From: Mytilus edulis
Taxonomy: Eukaryota
NCBI RefSeq assembly: GCF_963676685.1
Contig: NC_092344.1
Location: 49,662,001-49,726,000, forward strand
DNA length: 64,000 nt
Direction: 5' to 3'
Part shown: one piece after another, positions 1 to 13,080 of the stretch
How positions within the stretch are numbered: the stretch's first letter is position 1
Layout: each line of letters starts with the position of its first letter
Notes under the pieces: generated by a model
What the model was told of the DNA's origin: nothing
What the model saw: only the letters and a program-made list of their open reading frames with translations
Databases searched by the model: none
Translations under genes and position numbers: made by a program

Positions 1-26
1 TTTTCAATGGCAGATCATCAAGAAAA

Positions 27-1300
27 TTATGTGTGCTCCAAAATATATGTACTCGTATCGGTCGTGAGCTCACCTATTCTTAAAAAAGCAAAAAATGCAA
101 GACTAAATGCAGAAGCGAACAGACAAGATTCGTGAGAGGAGCAAACGGATGGTCGTGATCGTATAATTATGTGCAAAATTCCTAAAATAACATAATTTAA
201 ATCATATTCCTTGCTGATTGATAATTCGAGGATAATTGATTGACATTCCCTGTCACCACGCACAAAACCCACAATTCCTGATTAATGACACCCCTGAAGA
301 TGATGGAAAGCGCTCGTTTTTAGTCGGTACTGATCATCGTCCACGCCAAACCATTATTAGTACCCCTAGACGACGCTAATCGAATGCTTTGCATATATTT
401 CAAATACTCTTGGGGTTTCATAGGCCATTCTTCTAAAAGAATTGCCATATAAATCATAAAGACCGAAGTCCAAATTTCTATATTGTTCAAAGAATATGGT
501 TTCTTATTAACCACAGTCAGGGCACCTCCTTTCAAAACAAAATCGCCATCCAAAGTTGAATCAGAGCCCAAAACTGAAGCAGATTTTAGCAATAAACCTA
601 AATGAATAAACTCACCTCGCCAAATTTTCTCCTTAATCTTTAACGGAATATGAGCCCCAGTCGGATCAAATATGCTAGACTTGGGCCTCCTACTATGATA
701 AAAGGGGGGATTTTGGTCCCCTGTATGCGTATACATACCATGACTATCCTGAATCGATGGGACCATCTCGACTTGGAAAACTATACTAGAATCATTATCG
801 GCTGCTCTTCTGTTGACTGTTGTGGTGACATCGTACAATTCAGGTCGCTGAGAATCTGTACTCGACATCGGAACTCTCGAATATGACAGTCCAGGAATGG
901 CTAATGTCACGGGATCCAACGCCGCACGATCACTTTGGTTTTGGTTGGAGGCAATAATATCGTCTCCGCTTGCGTTAACCATAACTTGATTTGAATGACT
1001 ACCCGCCGAAATAATGTTTTGATTCCCACGAGGAGCCATGGGTCTTTTCGGATCAGAATGCACATGACTTTTACTAACATTTTATCTTTTACGCTTAGAA
1101 GTAGCATTTTTCTCTGCAACAGATCGTAAACTATTAAGCGGTTGCCTATTTCTTTTCTGAGGTTTCATCTGTGTTGAGGATGGAACTGGATTTTACAAAA
1201 ACTATATTGAACAAGCTTCCCGTTCAAACGTTAGAAAATTCAGAAGTGACGTCACAGTACGGCAACGTCACATGACAGACACGGTCAAAGTTCAGAATGC
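27..1300 (-). mobile_element. Internally deleted tyrosine-recombinase retrotransposon (DIRS/Ngaro-like) remnant: Gag-like ORF 320-1063 next to a YR fragment 27-272
   Basis: ORF 27-272 carries the YR box-I motif SAFSLAFFAFLRIGELT. ORF 320-1063 has KIKEKIWRGEFIHLGLLL...WTSVFMIYMAIL...YLKYMQSIR, typical of DIRS/Ngaro Gag. No RT/RNase H lies between them. The right boundary is approximate and the element runs off the window start. Confidence 0.75.
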
Positions 1301-2909
1301 AAAGAAAAAATGGGGGACACGAAAATAAATGCGGAATTTTAACTTTTATTAAACTTGTATTATCAGTTAACCGAAAAAACATTAATAAATCGTCGCGGAT
1401 ATGTAAGAATTGGATTTTAACATTATTTATCTTCAAGTAAATTTTAGAATTGCAAAATGGTCTAAAAAGGGCAATACGCGAAATAAGTATCCACGAAATA
1501 AGTTGGTGTACAGTATTACTTTTACTTGTTTTTCTATTTTTGGTGATATCAATTTGACGTGGCTGTGTAGTTATACACCACGTCATTAAGTTATTATTCT
1601 ATGGGGAAAAATGTGTGTTCTTGTCTTTTATTTTTGCTTATGTGCTTTGTCTATATGCCCTTTTGTGCTTCTTTGTTACATATTTGTTTGTTTTTATAAT
1701 GATTAAGATTATAACACATTGACTGCTGTACACGTATTTTTGACATTTATTGTTTTGTTCACACATCGTTGTCAATATAATAGAAATTTTTGCAACTGTC
1801 ATCCAAGTGAGAAGTTAAGCTAGCTATAAAACAAGGGTAAATCAACCATTTTTTACATATGAAAATGCCTGTTCCAGGTCAGAAATATGACAGTTGTGTC
1901 TATCCATTTCATGTGTTTGAGCTTTTGATTTGCCATTTAATTAGGAACTTTCCGTTTTAAATTTTCCTCGGAGTTTTTTTTTTTGGTGATTTTACTTGTT
2001 TTCACTCAAGACAAATTTCCCATATATTTAGGATGTTTATGATTTATGTAGTTTTTTTTATAAATAAAGGCAACAGAAGTATACCGCTGTTCAAAACTCA
2101 TAAATATATGGACAAAAAACAAATTCGCGGTAACAAACTAAAACTGAAGGAAACGCATTAAATACAAGAGGAGAACAACGACACAACATTACAATGTAAC
2201 ACACTTATAAACTTGTTCGTCTTTTTATATGTATTATTGTATGGCGCTGTCGATTTCTCTAAATATATAAAAAAGGGACGAAGGATACCAAAGGGACAGT
2301 CAAACTCATATATCTAAAACAAACTGACAACGCCATGGCTAAAATGAAAAAAACAAACAAACAACAGCACACATGATACAACATACAAAACTAAAAATAA
2401 ACAACACGGGCCTCACCAAAAAACTAGAGGTGATATCAGGTGCTCCGGAAGGTTAAGCAGATCCTGCTCCACATGTGGCACCCGTCGCGTTGCTTAAGTG
2501 ATAACAAATCCGGTAAATAGTCTAATTCGGTAGTTGATGTTCCAATGGTACCTTCGGACTCTGTCATTTCTTTCAAGATTAGAAAGCTTGTTACATATAT
2601 TGTTGATTTAGATAGAAGGTGTCTGAATAATGCAGATAATCGCAGTAAGTGCAAATTCTAATAATTATCTTACTTAGAAGATGTTCCCTACGTCAACTAG
2701 ACAACCTATAAGCAACGGTTTTCGAAACAAGTAAAAGAAAATAAAAATCGGTAGTATTGCGTATTAGATTTAAATGAAATCCTTATAATTACTTAAAAGA
2801 GTTTTCTAACGTCAACTAGATAACCTCTAATCAGCGGTTTTCCAAGCAATTCGAAGAAAATAATAAAATCGTCTATAAGGAAATGAAAGACTTTATTAAT
2901 TTTTTTCAA

Positions 2910-3294
2910 ACTGTACAAGTCTCTGGCCATTACCAAGATTAATATAAAATGCATTAATTTGAGAACATTAACAATAGTTTAAAACAATACTTTTATAACA
3001 CGTACATGTTTTATGACGTAATGGAAACTATGTCAATTGTAGGAGGAAACAAAATGTGTCATTGACCTTGCGAATATTTCTTTATATTTACATATATTGC
3101 AATTCCTTAGTACAACACAGTGTGACATTTAAAAGTGCACCTATAATCTACAAATTCATCATTTGCGGTTAACTTAGAATTTTCCTTGTGTACATATGTA
3201 TTATAAACAATATAATTGAAAACGGGATAAAAGAACGATTCGGAAGAAGTAAAACATTATTCATTAGAAATAATTCCAATTGTTCAAAACAGAG
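2910..3294 (+). promoter_or_regulatory. Promoter and non-coding exon 1 of family copy 1
   Basis: Motif series conserved among paralogs: TGACGTAA, AGGAGGAAAC, TTGACC, TGCGGTT (3164-3170), TTCCTTG. The TATA position reads GATAAAAG (3226-3233). Donor AG|GTAAGA at 3294/3295. Confidence 0.65.
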
Positions 3295-3906
3295 GTAAGA
3301 AATTATTAAAGCAGAATCATAACTATTTGGTATACATAAATATGAAAGATATTACAATTTAAATAAGTACCATAGTAACAAAGATAAGAAATAAGTTATT
3401 AAAGATTTAGAAAATTGTATTGATAAAGTTTTAAGCGTGATGCATGGTTCAATATTTTGGTTTTGATCTCAGTAATTTAAATTTAGATTCAGTAACACAA
3501 TACTGCTTCAAAATATAATTTATTTTCATAACTTATATTTATTGTGTTTTAAAATCAATCAGAAAGTTAATTCGGAATGAAATAATTATTGGAGACATTC
3601 AAGTTATTAATCACTCGAAGTAATGTTTGTTTCTTATGTTTAAATACTGTAAAGGTATATGTTTATCTTATACTTATACTTGACAATCAATGCAAATTAT
3701 TCAAGTTCCTTTTTTCTGCATTTGTAACTTTGTGAATAAACATCCTATGTATCTTTTTAATTTGTAATGTGAACCTAATTTCTCTGTAAAATCATATTGC
3801 ATTTATAAATTGAAGCTTTATTTCCACACTTTACATAATTCGTATTAAATTATTTGAACTCCTATTTTGTAAGTAAGGATATTTTCCCTCTAAATTTCAG
3901 ACTTGA

Positions 3907-4942
3907 ATGATGACATTCCAGACCATTTTCGTTTTGATGGCAATGGTCACAATAACAGCAGCCGGTAAGAAAAATGTTCAATGTGTTTTAGTCGAAATTT
4001 ATAAACTGTATCAAATAAAAGTGTTTTAATTGTATAGATAACATTTAAAAAATAACACAGAAAGTTCTGATATTTCCGAAACCGAACAGTCTCTGCAATT
4101 GCTTACAACAACGTTCTTTTGCTAAAAGTGTGTAATTGTTTTATTAGCGATAATACTTGATATTATTGTATTGTTAAATAAAAATAATCCCTAGTATTTT
4201 TTCCAATTAATCAATTCATGAAAATCACATAAAGTGTCAGATCTTTAATTTTACAGTATATGTACCCTCGGATAAGCATGCATTAGATAGACATGGAATG
4301 GAGAAGGTTTTACTGGTCGAAAACACAGTTGGAAGAAACATAAACAGGCGTCGTGGTGATGGATCTCTTTCTGTACTGGATGTTATTGATGCAAATAGAC
4401 GAGCAGGATCAAGAGGAGTTGGGACATCTCATGGAATAGGCAGTGAATTTATTACACACGGGTCATCTTCCGGTAGAGGATTGTCCGGGGCTTTTGTTGG
4501 TGGCAGGACCTCTGTATCTGGAAGTATTAGAGGCTCTTCAGTTGGTTTGTCCCGTGCTTTATCTGACGATGATGATCATTTCACCTCTGGCATCCGAATT
4601 GGTGCATCTGGTCTAGTTAGAAATGTGGATCTGTCTAGAAATTCTCATTTGGAAACTATTGGTAATATCCGTGGAGTGTCTGGTCATTCAGGTGCAGATA
4701 TTATTGACGCAATCAGTTCTAGACGAGGTGGGCGTGTTGTCCTGGACACTGTTTCTGCCAGACGAAGTGGATCAGCCCGTACTTCTGGTTCAAGACTAGT
4801 TTCTCAGTCAGTGGTAGGAGGAAAAACTGATTGCAAAAACGACTGTTTTAGTGATGGAGATTGTCCAACAAACAGATACTGTGCCACTGTTAATTGTCAC
4901 AGAATTTGTAGAAGAAGACTGTCTAATGGATACTCACCATGA
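3907..4942 (+). CDS. Secreted Gly/Ser/Arg-rich protein with C-terminal six-Cys WAP-like domain, copy 1 (short type, 247 aa)
   Basis: Coding exons 3907-3964 (MMTFQTIFVLMAMVTITAA signal peptide, phase-1 donor GTAAGA) and 4257-4942 (acceptor TTTTACAG), in frame with ORF 4298-4942. AATAAA at 4988-4993. Confidence 0.9.
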
Positions 4943-5544
4943 AAAGCCGAAATCCAGAGTATGAACACTTTTTGATATCTTTTTTTAAATAAAATATTGT
5001 TTTTTGTTATTGTATAGATATTTCGGTATTTCATCAATAATATTGATAAGTCATTCGTCAAATCAAACTAATCAGAAAAAATATAACAACACACAGAAAT
5101 CAATACAGATATAAATAAAGATAACAAAAATCTTACAGCAATTGGAAAAAGGACTGGTGATTTGTTTAAATTACAGTAACCCGTAACTCACAAAAAACAT
5201 AAAATAAACAATAATTAAAAAACTGTTTTCGCCAAAGAAAAGACAATTCCTTGTTAAGCATGTTAAGTTCAACATTGATTTGAATTCTAAAATAGCTACA
5301 AAAGAATTTCAGATTTATGATGCTGGAAACGTTCTGATAGCTAGACAAAAACGGAAAACTAACGATTTTCTTTTCAAAAACCGATTAAGCGAAATATATT
5401 AGCATAGAAATATTTGCTGATACAAAGACGTATACATTGAACCTGAATTATAACATAAAGGTATTAGGATATTTTTTAATTTCGAAAACTGTTTACCTCG
5501 GGAAATAATATGTTTATTTGTTAATTGTTATATGTATACATTGT

Positions 5545-5770
5545 TGCGCCGGTTCCAAGTCAGGAGGCTCTGGCCTCTGTTAAAAAAGATACATCTATTA
5601 TCACTGAACTAGTATGCATATTTGTTTACGGGTCAGCTGAAGAAAGGCTCCGGAAGCGGGAGTTTCTTGCTGCATTGACGACCTATTGGTGGACTCCAGC
5701 TGTTGTCTGCTCGATGGTGTGGTAGTTGTCTCTTTGACACATTCACCATTTCCATTCTCAATTTTATTTA
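5545..5770 (-). mobile_element. Interspersed repeat copy, inverted relative to the copy at ~6620-6990
   Basis: GTTGTCTCTTTGACACATTCACCATTTCCATTCTCAATTTT is the reverse complement of AAAATTGAGAATGGAAAGAGGAATGTGTCAAAGAGACAAC at ~6624. Superfamily not determined. Confidence 0.55.
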
Positions 5771-6353
5771 TATGGCCATTCCTTAATATAAAACGATACA
5801 TGAACTATTTTTTAGCATACTATGTACGGGTTTTATTCATTGTTGAAGGTGATACTGTGACATATAGTTGTTAATCTGAACATTTTTACGTGTGTGATGG
5901 ATAATTGTTTTATTAGCAATCATTCCATATCTTATCTTTATAGGGTTTTATTCATAAAAAATGAGGATTTTCTAGTTTTATTTCACAATAACTAAAATAT
6001 GCTTTCAGTAGTTAGCGTGAAACTTTGGTGACTTGTTTATAGATATTGATGTAATAACCCTATTGATTTTCATAAATTTCAAATATGACATTGAGAAGAA
6101 ATTGAATTTATTTGTTCAAAGTCTGACAACAGATTCACTAAGCATTGCGCAATAGCACAGTTCATTGCGCAACAGAAACAGAAACCTGCTATATTTTAAA
6201 AATTTAATTACAATCCAAACTCAGACCTTTATCAAGCTTGAATATTGTGTCAATTTTTGCTCCAACTGTTCAGGGTTGGATCTCTGCGGGCGTATCCAGC
6301 TGCGCACAGCGAAGCAGTTTATTATATTAATTTTTCACAATTTCTTTTAAGTA

Positions 6354-6557
6354 CTGTAAATTCAGAAATTATTGCGTGCATTTGTTATTGCGATTTTGTC
6401 ATTTTAGACTAAAATACGATTTTAATTTTTGCGATATTCAGAAAAACATTGTTTAATTCATATTAAAACTTTCAAAATGCGAGTTTTTATTATTGTTATT
6501 ATAACCTGTCGCATTTTCGCAATAATAAAAACATCGCAATAATTTCTGAATTTTCAG
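6354..6557. mobile_element. MITE with TA target duplication (Tc1/mariner-like)
   Basis: TA|CTGTAAATTCAGAAATTATTGCG ... CGCAATAATTTCTGAATTTTCAG|TA terminal inverted repeats. Confidence 0.8.
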
Positions 6558-6619
6558 TATATGGTTAAACCTAACAAAAAAACTTTGATTTCATTGTGGC
6601 TAGTCTGTTAATCAGACAT

Positions 6620-6990
6620 CAACAAAATTGAGAATGGAAAGAGGAATGTGTCAAAGAGACAACAACTCGACCATAGAGAAGACAACAGCAGAATGTCACC
6701 TACAGGTCTTCAATGCAACGAGAAATTTCAGCACCCGGAGGCGTCCTCCAGCTGGCCATATACAAATTTATATACTAGCTCAGTAATAATGAACGCAATA
6801 CTAAACTCCAAATTGTACACAAGAAACTAAAATTAAAAATAATACAAGACTAACAAAGGCCAGAGGCTCTTGACTTGGAACAGGCGCAAAAATGCGGCGG
6901 GGTTTAACATGTTTATGAGATCTCAACCCTCCCCCTATTCCTCTAGCCAATGCAGAAAAGTAAACGCATAACAATACGCACATTAAAATT
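6620..6990 (+). mobile_element. Interspersed repeat copy (same family as 5545-5770)
   Basis: Reverse-complement similarity to 5545-5770 over both the GAGACAAC and the CAGAGGCTCTTGACTTGGAAC segments. Confidence 0.55.
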
Positions 6991-8431
6991 CAGTTCAAGA
7001 GTCGTCCGAGTCTGATGTCAGAAGATGTAACTAAAGAAAATAAACAAAATGACAATAATACCTCAATGTTCTTATTTCAAAAAGAGGAGCACTCAGCATA
7101 TATGAATAATGTGTGCATGAAGGGACAACAACTTGCCAGAACTGAATGTTTTACCACAATTAAATATGCTTAATTGAAAAACAAATATATGATATAAAAT
7201 AAGAAATATGCCTTTTTCAAGACTTCTTGTCCATATAGTTTGGTATTTTGGTAAGATCATCGATGATTAGAGGTGGTTATGATGGGTAAAATGTAAATAA
7301 TAGAAAACAAAATATATCACAGGATTGAGCTTTTTTTATAAGTGTATTATAATATTGCTATACAAATGCATTCTTTGTGAAACAAAAATATGACACACAA
7401 CTCACAATTGCATCTGATCTGATCTGATAAGATGGTCACAACTGTCAGCACAATGAGTTGTTGAAGTAGCATTCATTCGATGTAAATATTTAAGGGAAGA
7501 TTAAAGCATTTTGTTAACACTTAAACAAAACTTTTTTTGTCCATAAGCCAAATAAAGAAAAGTACAAATTTGCCAAACAGTGTTCGTGCTACTAGAACTA
7601 TAACGTTAGGTGGTCTTGTAAGACTTTTTTATAAATCATAGGAGAAATGTGCTGTCTATTGATGAGTCCTGGGTTTGAATAATCATTCGCTTAAACATAA
7701 TAACTGATAATGTAATATATTATTTTTAATCCCTTTGTCCGTCAGTCCTGATCATATCTATAAAACTTTTAATCAGTTTGAGGTGTTTTGGCATATGATA
7801 TCTGACATAATTCGTATATTTTTGTTACTTAACAGTATCAAAGGTACCAGGATTATAATTTAGTACGCCAGACGCGCGTTTCGTTAAAACAATAATAAGT
7901 CTTCATAAAAACAAATACGAAAATCTTTTACTTACGATAACATAAAGATACTAACAAATAAACAATTTTCAGTGGACACATTTAAAGAAATTAACACCTC
8001 CAAGGAACATAATTAGAACTATACGATACTACATGCTTGCAGGTCCTTGGATACGATCTTGCATATTATAATCTCATCATACAGAAATGCACCTTATGTG
8101 ATTCTCCTCTTATTTGGGTTTTTGCTGCTATCCAAAATCAAAATTGTTAATTTTTTTTATTGGAATTATTCAGAAATATTTGCAATCTTCTGCTTCTTCA
8201 AGTAAATCTCCTCCGAGATGGAACACACTCCAATTAACGGATCAGTTTTCAAAATGATGAATATATTAAAAAAGAAGTTATTCCAAAGTTCAAATGTTAA
8301 AAGGTAAACCCAAAATTTAACATTCCACATACACAAAATAAAATTACAGGAACGTATATATCTATTCATGACGCACTCAAAGCACGTTGGCCAATGTGTA
8401 GATTTTATATTAAAGGCACTGTCTAACTAAA

Positions 8432-9200
8432 TAAAATCTATGAATTGTTGGCACTGATTTAAATGAGTGTCTGCTCCATGACAGTCTTGAACATTGAATA
8501 AAATACACTGCTATTTTAGTGTTTGGTACAGTATTGCTGTCACTGTACACCACAGTTTAACATAGAGGTTGCATTTCTGTAAAAATTGACAATGCAATTT
8601 CCAATAGGAACTCCTTTTACAGCTAAAACTGTACCACTTTCACTATGAAGTTTTGAAAAAAATCTTATCCTAGAATTGAAAGTTCATATGCACCACAAAT
8701 GTTTTCAAAGGTCAAAATATAGGACTGTGCAGCATATTTTCAACGTTTATATGCCCTGAACTTCTCAGAGTTTAAACTTACACTAATTTTCTTAACTACT
8801 CCTACCTCAAATGAAAGGTTACCACAGATTTCAATGTAAACAATATGCACGTGTTTATTTACTGGTAACATTCCCAAGTTCTGTCTCTGCGATATGGAAC
8901 ACAGAGAGCATGACTGGTAACCAGTATGTAAACAACATTAATTTTCTATGAATATTCAAATACTCCCCAAAAGAGGCGTGTTTTGAGAAACAGCTGTATT
9001 TACAAAGTGCAGCCTAGAACCGTATACATGAAAACGAGAAACAGAAAACATTATTAAATCTATGAACGGTTGCATAGCACTGATTTAAATTAGTGTCTCC
9101 TCCATGACAGTCTGGAACATGAAATAAAAGACACTGATCTTTTAGTGTTAGGTCTAGTTTTGCTGCCACTGTGCACCACATGTAGAGTTCAACATAGAAC
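8432..9200. repeat. Pair of ~125-bp imperfect direct repeats (8432-~8560 and 9055-~9200), probably part of a non-autonomous transposon
   Basis: Both carry AATCTATGAA...GCACTGATTTAAAT.AGTGTCT.CTCCATGACAGTCT.GAACAT...CACTGT.CACCACA. Confidence 0.65.
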
Positions 9201-10693
9201 CCTAAAAGAAAACCAAAAACCTCTTTATGTCAGAAAAACTATCAACCTCCAAACATACTATCAACACTGATTTGTGTCCACACTTGTTAAGTATACAAAA
9301 TACATATTTTATTTCAACTTGTTTGACAAAGATATGTTGTTTTTCGACTAAACACCAATTAAGGTAGCACAAAACAACGATTTTTTCACTCCCAATCAGA
9401 CAACTTTCAACTTATGTAATTCATTTCATCCTTCTTTATATTTTATAAATGAGGTACAAAAAGAAAGAAGAAAGATTAATCTTTCAAATTGTGATAATTT
9501 TATTATGACAGAATTATTACATTATTAATTATTATGTAATTAGTTGCTATATTGTGATGTCCACACTTGAATGAATTTGGCGTCTTTGTTCTTCATAGCA
9601 TCCCAAAATATGTTATAGATTCTTGTACAACACAGCTTGACCTCCAACATTTTTTTTATCATTTCAAGCCGTTTGATGGACCAATGATAATCAAACACAT
9701 AATTTAAACTATATTTATTGATATTGATCGATTTGTTTTTAAAGACTGCAGCTACAAATATAATTTTCTGTTTCTACAGTGAAATAAAATCAGAAAAGTA
9801 TCGTATGTTCCATAACATCAACCAATAGAAGCGTATCTTGATTATGAAGAGCTATTCTATTTGTATGATTTCTTATACATACAATAATGGATACTATGAC
9901 ATTTCAATAAAAAAAAGTGTTCGGGTCAGGTAGTTATCAAACATGAGACCTTGAAAGAGTGTATCTAGGAGACTTGTACCTGTCTATTTAAAAAAGATAT
10001 AAGATATGGAATGAATACCGATATAAGACAAATATCCATCATACACGTAACAATGTTGAAATTTACAACTATACTGTATGCACCAGAATTACCTTCAACA
10101 ATGATTGAAATCTATATCACATAGTTAGATAAAAATAAGTTCATATGTCTTTTTATATTAAGGACCGACCATATAAATGTACACATATAACAATTTACAA
10201 ATAAACATATTATTTCCCAAGGTAAACATAGTTAACAATTTTTGCAACTAAAATATATCCTCATACTTTTTACATTATAATTCAGTTTTCCGTTTTGTCT
10301 AGCTATCAGCACGTATCCAACATAAAAATTCTAAGAATGTTTGTAGTTATTTCAGAATTCCAATCAATGTAGAACTTGACAAGGAATTGTTTTGGAGAAA
10401 AAAGTTTTTTTATAATTGTTTTTGTAATGTTTTTTTGTGTGTTACGAGATACTGTGATCTAAACAAATCACCAAATTTTTTTTTCAATTGCTGTATGCTT
10501 TTGTTTTCTTTATTCATATTTGTAGTTATGACTGTATGCTGTTATATTTTTTCTGATTAGTTTTTTTTGACTGTGTCAATATTATTGATAAAATAACGAA
10601 AAATCTATACAATAACAAAAACTGAAAGCAACATTTTATTTTAAAAAAAAGTATAAAAAAGTGTTCATAGTCTGGATTTGGGTGATAGGCTTT

Positions 10694-12004
10694 TCATGAT
10701 GAGTATCCATTTGACAGTCTTCTTCTACAAATTCTGTGACAATTGACAGTGGCACAGTATCTGTTTGTTGGACAATCTCCATCACTAAAACAGTCGCTTT
10801 TGCAATCAGTTTTTCCTCCTACCACTGACTGAGAAACGAATCCTGAACCTGAAGTACGACCTGATCCACTACGTCTGGTCGAAACGGTGTCTAAAACAAC
10901 ACGCCCACCTCGTCCAGAGCTGATTGCGTCAAGAATATCTGTACCTGTATGACCAGACACTCCACGGCTACTACCAATAGTTTCCAAATGAGAATTTCTG
11001 GACAGATCCACATTTCTAGCCAGACCAGATGAACCAATTCGGCTACCAGACGTGAAATGATCATCATCGCCAGATAAAGCACGGGACAAACCAATTGAAG
11101 AACCTCTTATGATTCCAGATACAGAGGTCTTGCCTCCAACAGAAGCCCCAGACAATCCTCTACCGGAAGATGACCCGTGTGTTATAAATTCACTGCCTAT
11201 TCCACGAGCTGTGCCAACATTTCTTGATCCTGCTCGTCTATTTGCATCAATGATATCCAGTACAGAAAGAGATCCCTCACCACGACGCCTGTTTATGTTT
11301 CTTTCAACTGTGTTTTCAACCAGCAAAACCTTTTTAACTCCATGTCTGTCTAATGCATGTTTGTCTGTGGGTGCGTAGACTGTAAAATAAATATTTGACG
11401 TGTTATATTTCACAAATCTAGTAATACAGAACAATAAAAATTAACTCTTGTTTATATGTAAATATAAGGTTTCTGGCATTTTAACCAATGATATAACTAT
11501 CAACTAAAGATGAAATGACTAGAATGTTATCAATAGTTATCAAAGGTACCAGGATTGTAATTTAGTACGCCAGATGCGCGTTTCGTCTACACAAGACTCA
11601 TCAGTGACGCTCATATCAAAATATTGATAAAATCAAACAAGTACAAAGTTCAAGAGCATCAACTTAAGGGAACGTACGGCTTCAGCACAGATGTAGGTTC
11701 ATACCGTATAGTAAGCTATAAAAGACCTCATATGACAAATGTGAACCAATTCAAAAAGAGAAAACCTTTTGTGAAATGTTCTTGTAAAATATTCAAAAAT
11801 ATGTAGATCTTGTTAAGTATTGAAATTATATCTTTTTAAGGATTTTTTTTATTGTAATCATTTAGATATTTGTATCTTCACACCCGAACCACTTCTGTTA
11901 AAATAGTCTACAAACTCACAGGAAGCGATTAGAATATTTTACATACCGGCTAGTGTTACTGTTGTCAATGCAATCAAAAAGAAAATGGCCTGGAATCGCA
12001 TCAT
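10694..12004 (-). CDS. Secreted Gly/Ser/Arg-rich WAP-like protein, copy 2 (short type, 247 aa)
   Basis: Coding exons 12004-11947 (MMRFQAIFFLIALTTVTLA, donor GTATGT) and 11379-10694. Non-coding exon 1 donor at 12415. TATAAAAG at 12477-12484 on the minus strand. Confidence 0.9.
11567..11610 (-). ncRNA. Minimal type I hammerhead ribozyme motif in a retrozyme/Penelope-like repeat (~11532-11660), sense within intron 2 of copy 2
   Basis: Minus strand reads GCGTCA CTGATGA GTCT TGTGT AGAC GAAA CGCGCA TC TGGCGT. Core intact; stem III has a C.A mismatch. Confidence 0.7.
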
Positions 12005-12820
12005 TTTCTGAAATTCTGAAAAACAACAGGATTAATATTATTTGTTACTTGAATCATTATTTATATGTCTCTTGATTTTCAATTGTTTCTAATATTCAAA
12101 TAAAGAAAGAAATGTTGAGCAAAGTTAACACACGTTTCATCTACCATTCTTAATTAATTTATCAACGATGTTTCTTTCTTACATTTTCTTCATTTGCTTT
12201 TTATCACAGAAATTACATTTTTAAACATACATCAAATGTAATTAGAATTGAATCATGTGTACCTTATAGTATGTTTAACTTTATTTATGCCTTTTTCTAT
12301 TTCATCAAATGAATGAACTTTTTCTTGTTGATCTTTGTCAAAATAGCATAATTGTTGCTTTGTATCTTTATCATTCTTATTTATAATATATATGTATGTA
12401 TAAAATATGTCTTACCTTTGTTTAAAGCAATTGAAATGATTTGTAATGAATATTGTTGTACTGCTTCAGAATCGTTCTTTTATACCGTTTCAAATATGTT
12501 TTTTAATAGTTGACATACACACAAGGAAATTTGTAAATAAACCGCAAATGATGAATTTGTTAATTATGGTTCAAACTTTAATGTCACCTGCATTCTTCTA
12601 TGCAGTTTTGGATTATGATTATTTATAAAAACAACCGTACACAGGGTCATTTCGTTTTCTTCCTACTACTAAACACATTTGTCATTATGTCATGAAGTTA
12701 TTACGAAATATTATTCTGGCTTATCAACAACATGGTTGAATTTCTTAATTTCGTTGTAATCAGAGACTTGTACTGTTTAAAAACTAACAGAACTCCTTGT
12801 ACTACCTCATGGTATGGATA

Positions 12821-13080
12821 TTTTGATACCCCACCTACGATAGTCCGTCCGTTCGTCTGTGTGTCCGTTCGTCCCACTTCAGGTTAAAGTCTTTTGGTCG
12901 AAGTAGTTTTTGATGAAGTTAAAGTCACATCTACTTGAAACTTAGTACACATGTTTCCTATGATATGCTCTTTCTTATTTTAATTCCAAATTAAAGTTTT
13001 GATCCCAATTTCATGGTCCACTGAACAAGGAAAATTATAGTGCGAGTGGGGCATCCGTGTACTATGGACACATTCTTGTT
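12821..13080 (+). mobile_element. Helentron/DINE-1-like non-autonomous element
   Basis: T-rich insertion site, (GTCY)n-type microsatellite TCCGTCCGTTCGTCTG, and 3' short palindrome GTGTACTATGGACAC followed by ATTCTTGTT. Absent from the paralogous upstream region of copy 4 (~24770). Confidence 0.65.

Noticed and set aside
320-1063. Host gene
   Set aside because: Gag-like motifs, an adjacent YR fragment and a frameshifted duplicate indicate a decayed retrotransposon.
4257-4942. Assignment to a DOPA-type mussel foot protein, perlwapin or a true crustin
   Set aside because: Very few Tyr/Lys and no mfp repeats; the domain has six rather than eight Cys; only architectural analogy is supported.
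10891-11378. Alternative-frame and antisense ORFs over exon 3 (also 23278, 30854, 40811, 50227, 58253, 62243)
   Set aside because: They recur only because the paralogous exons are similar; lengths and stops are inconsistent between copies.
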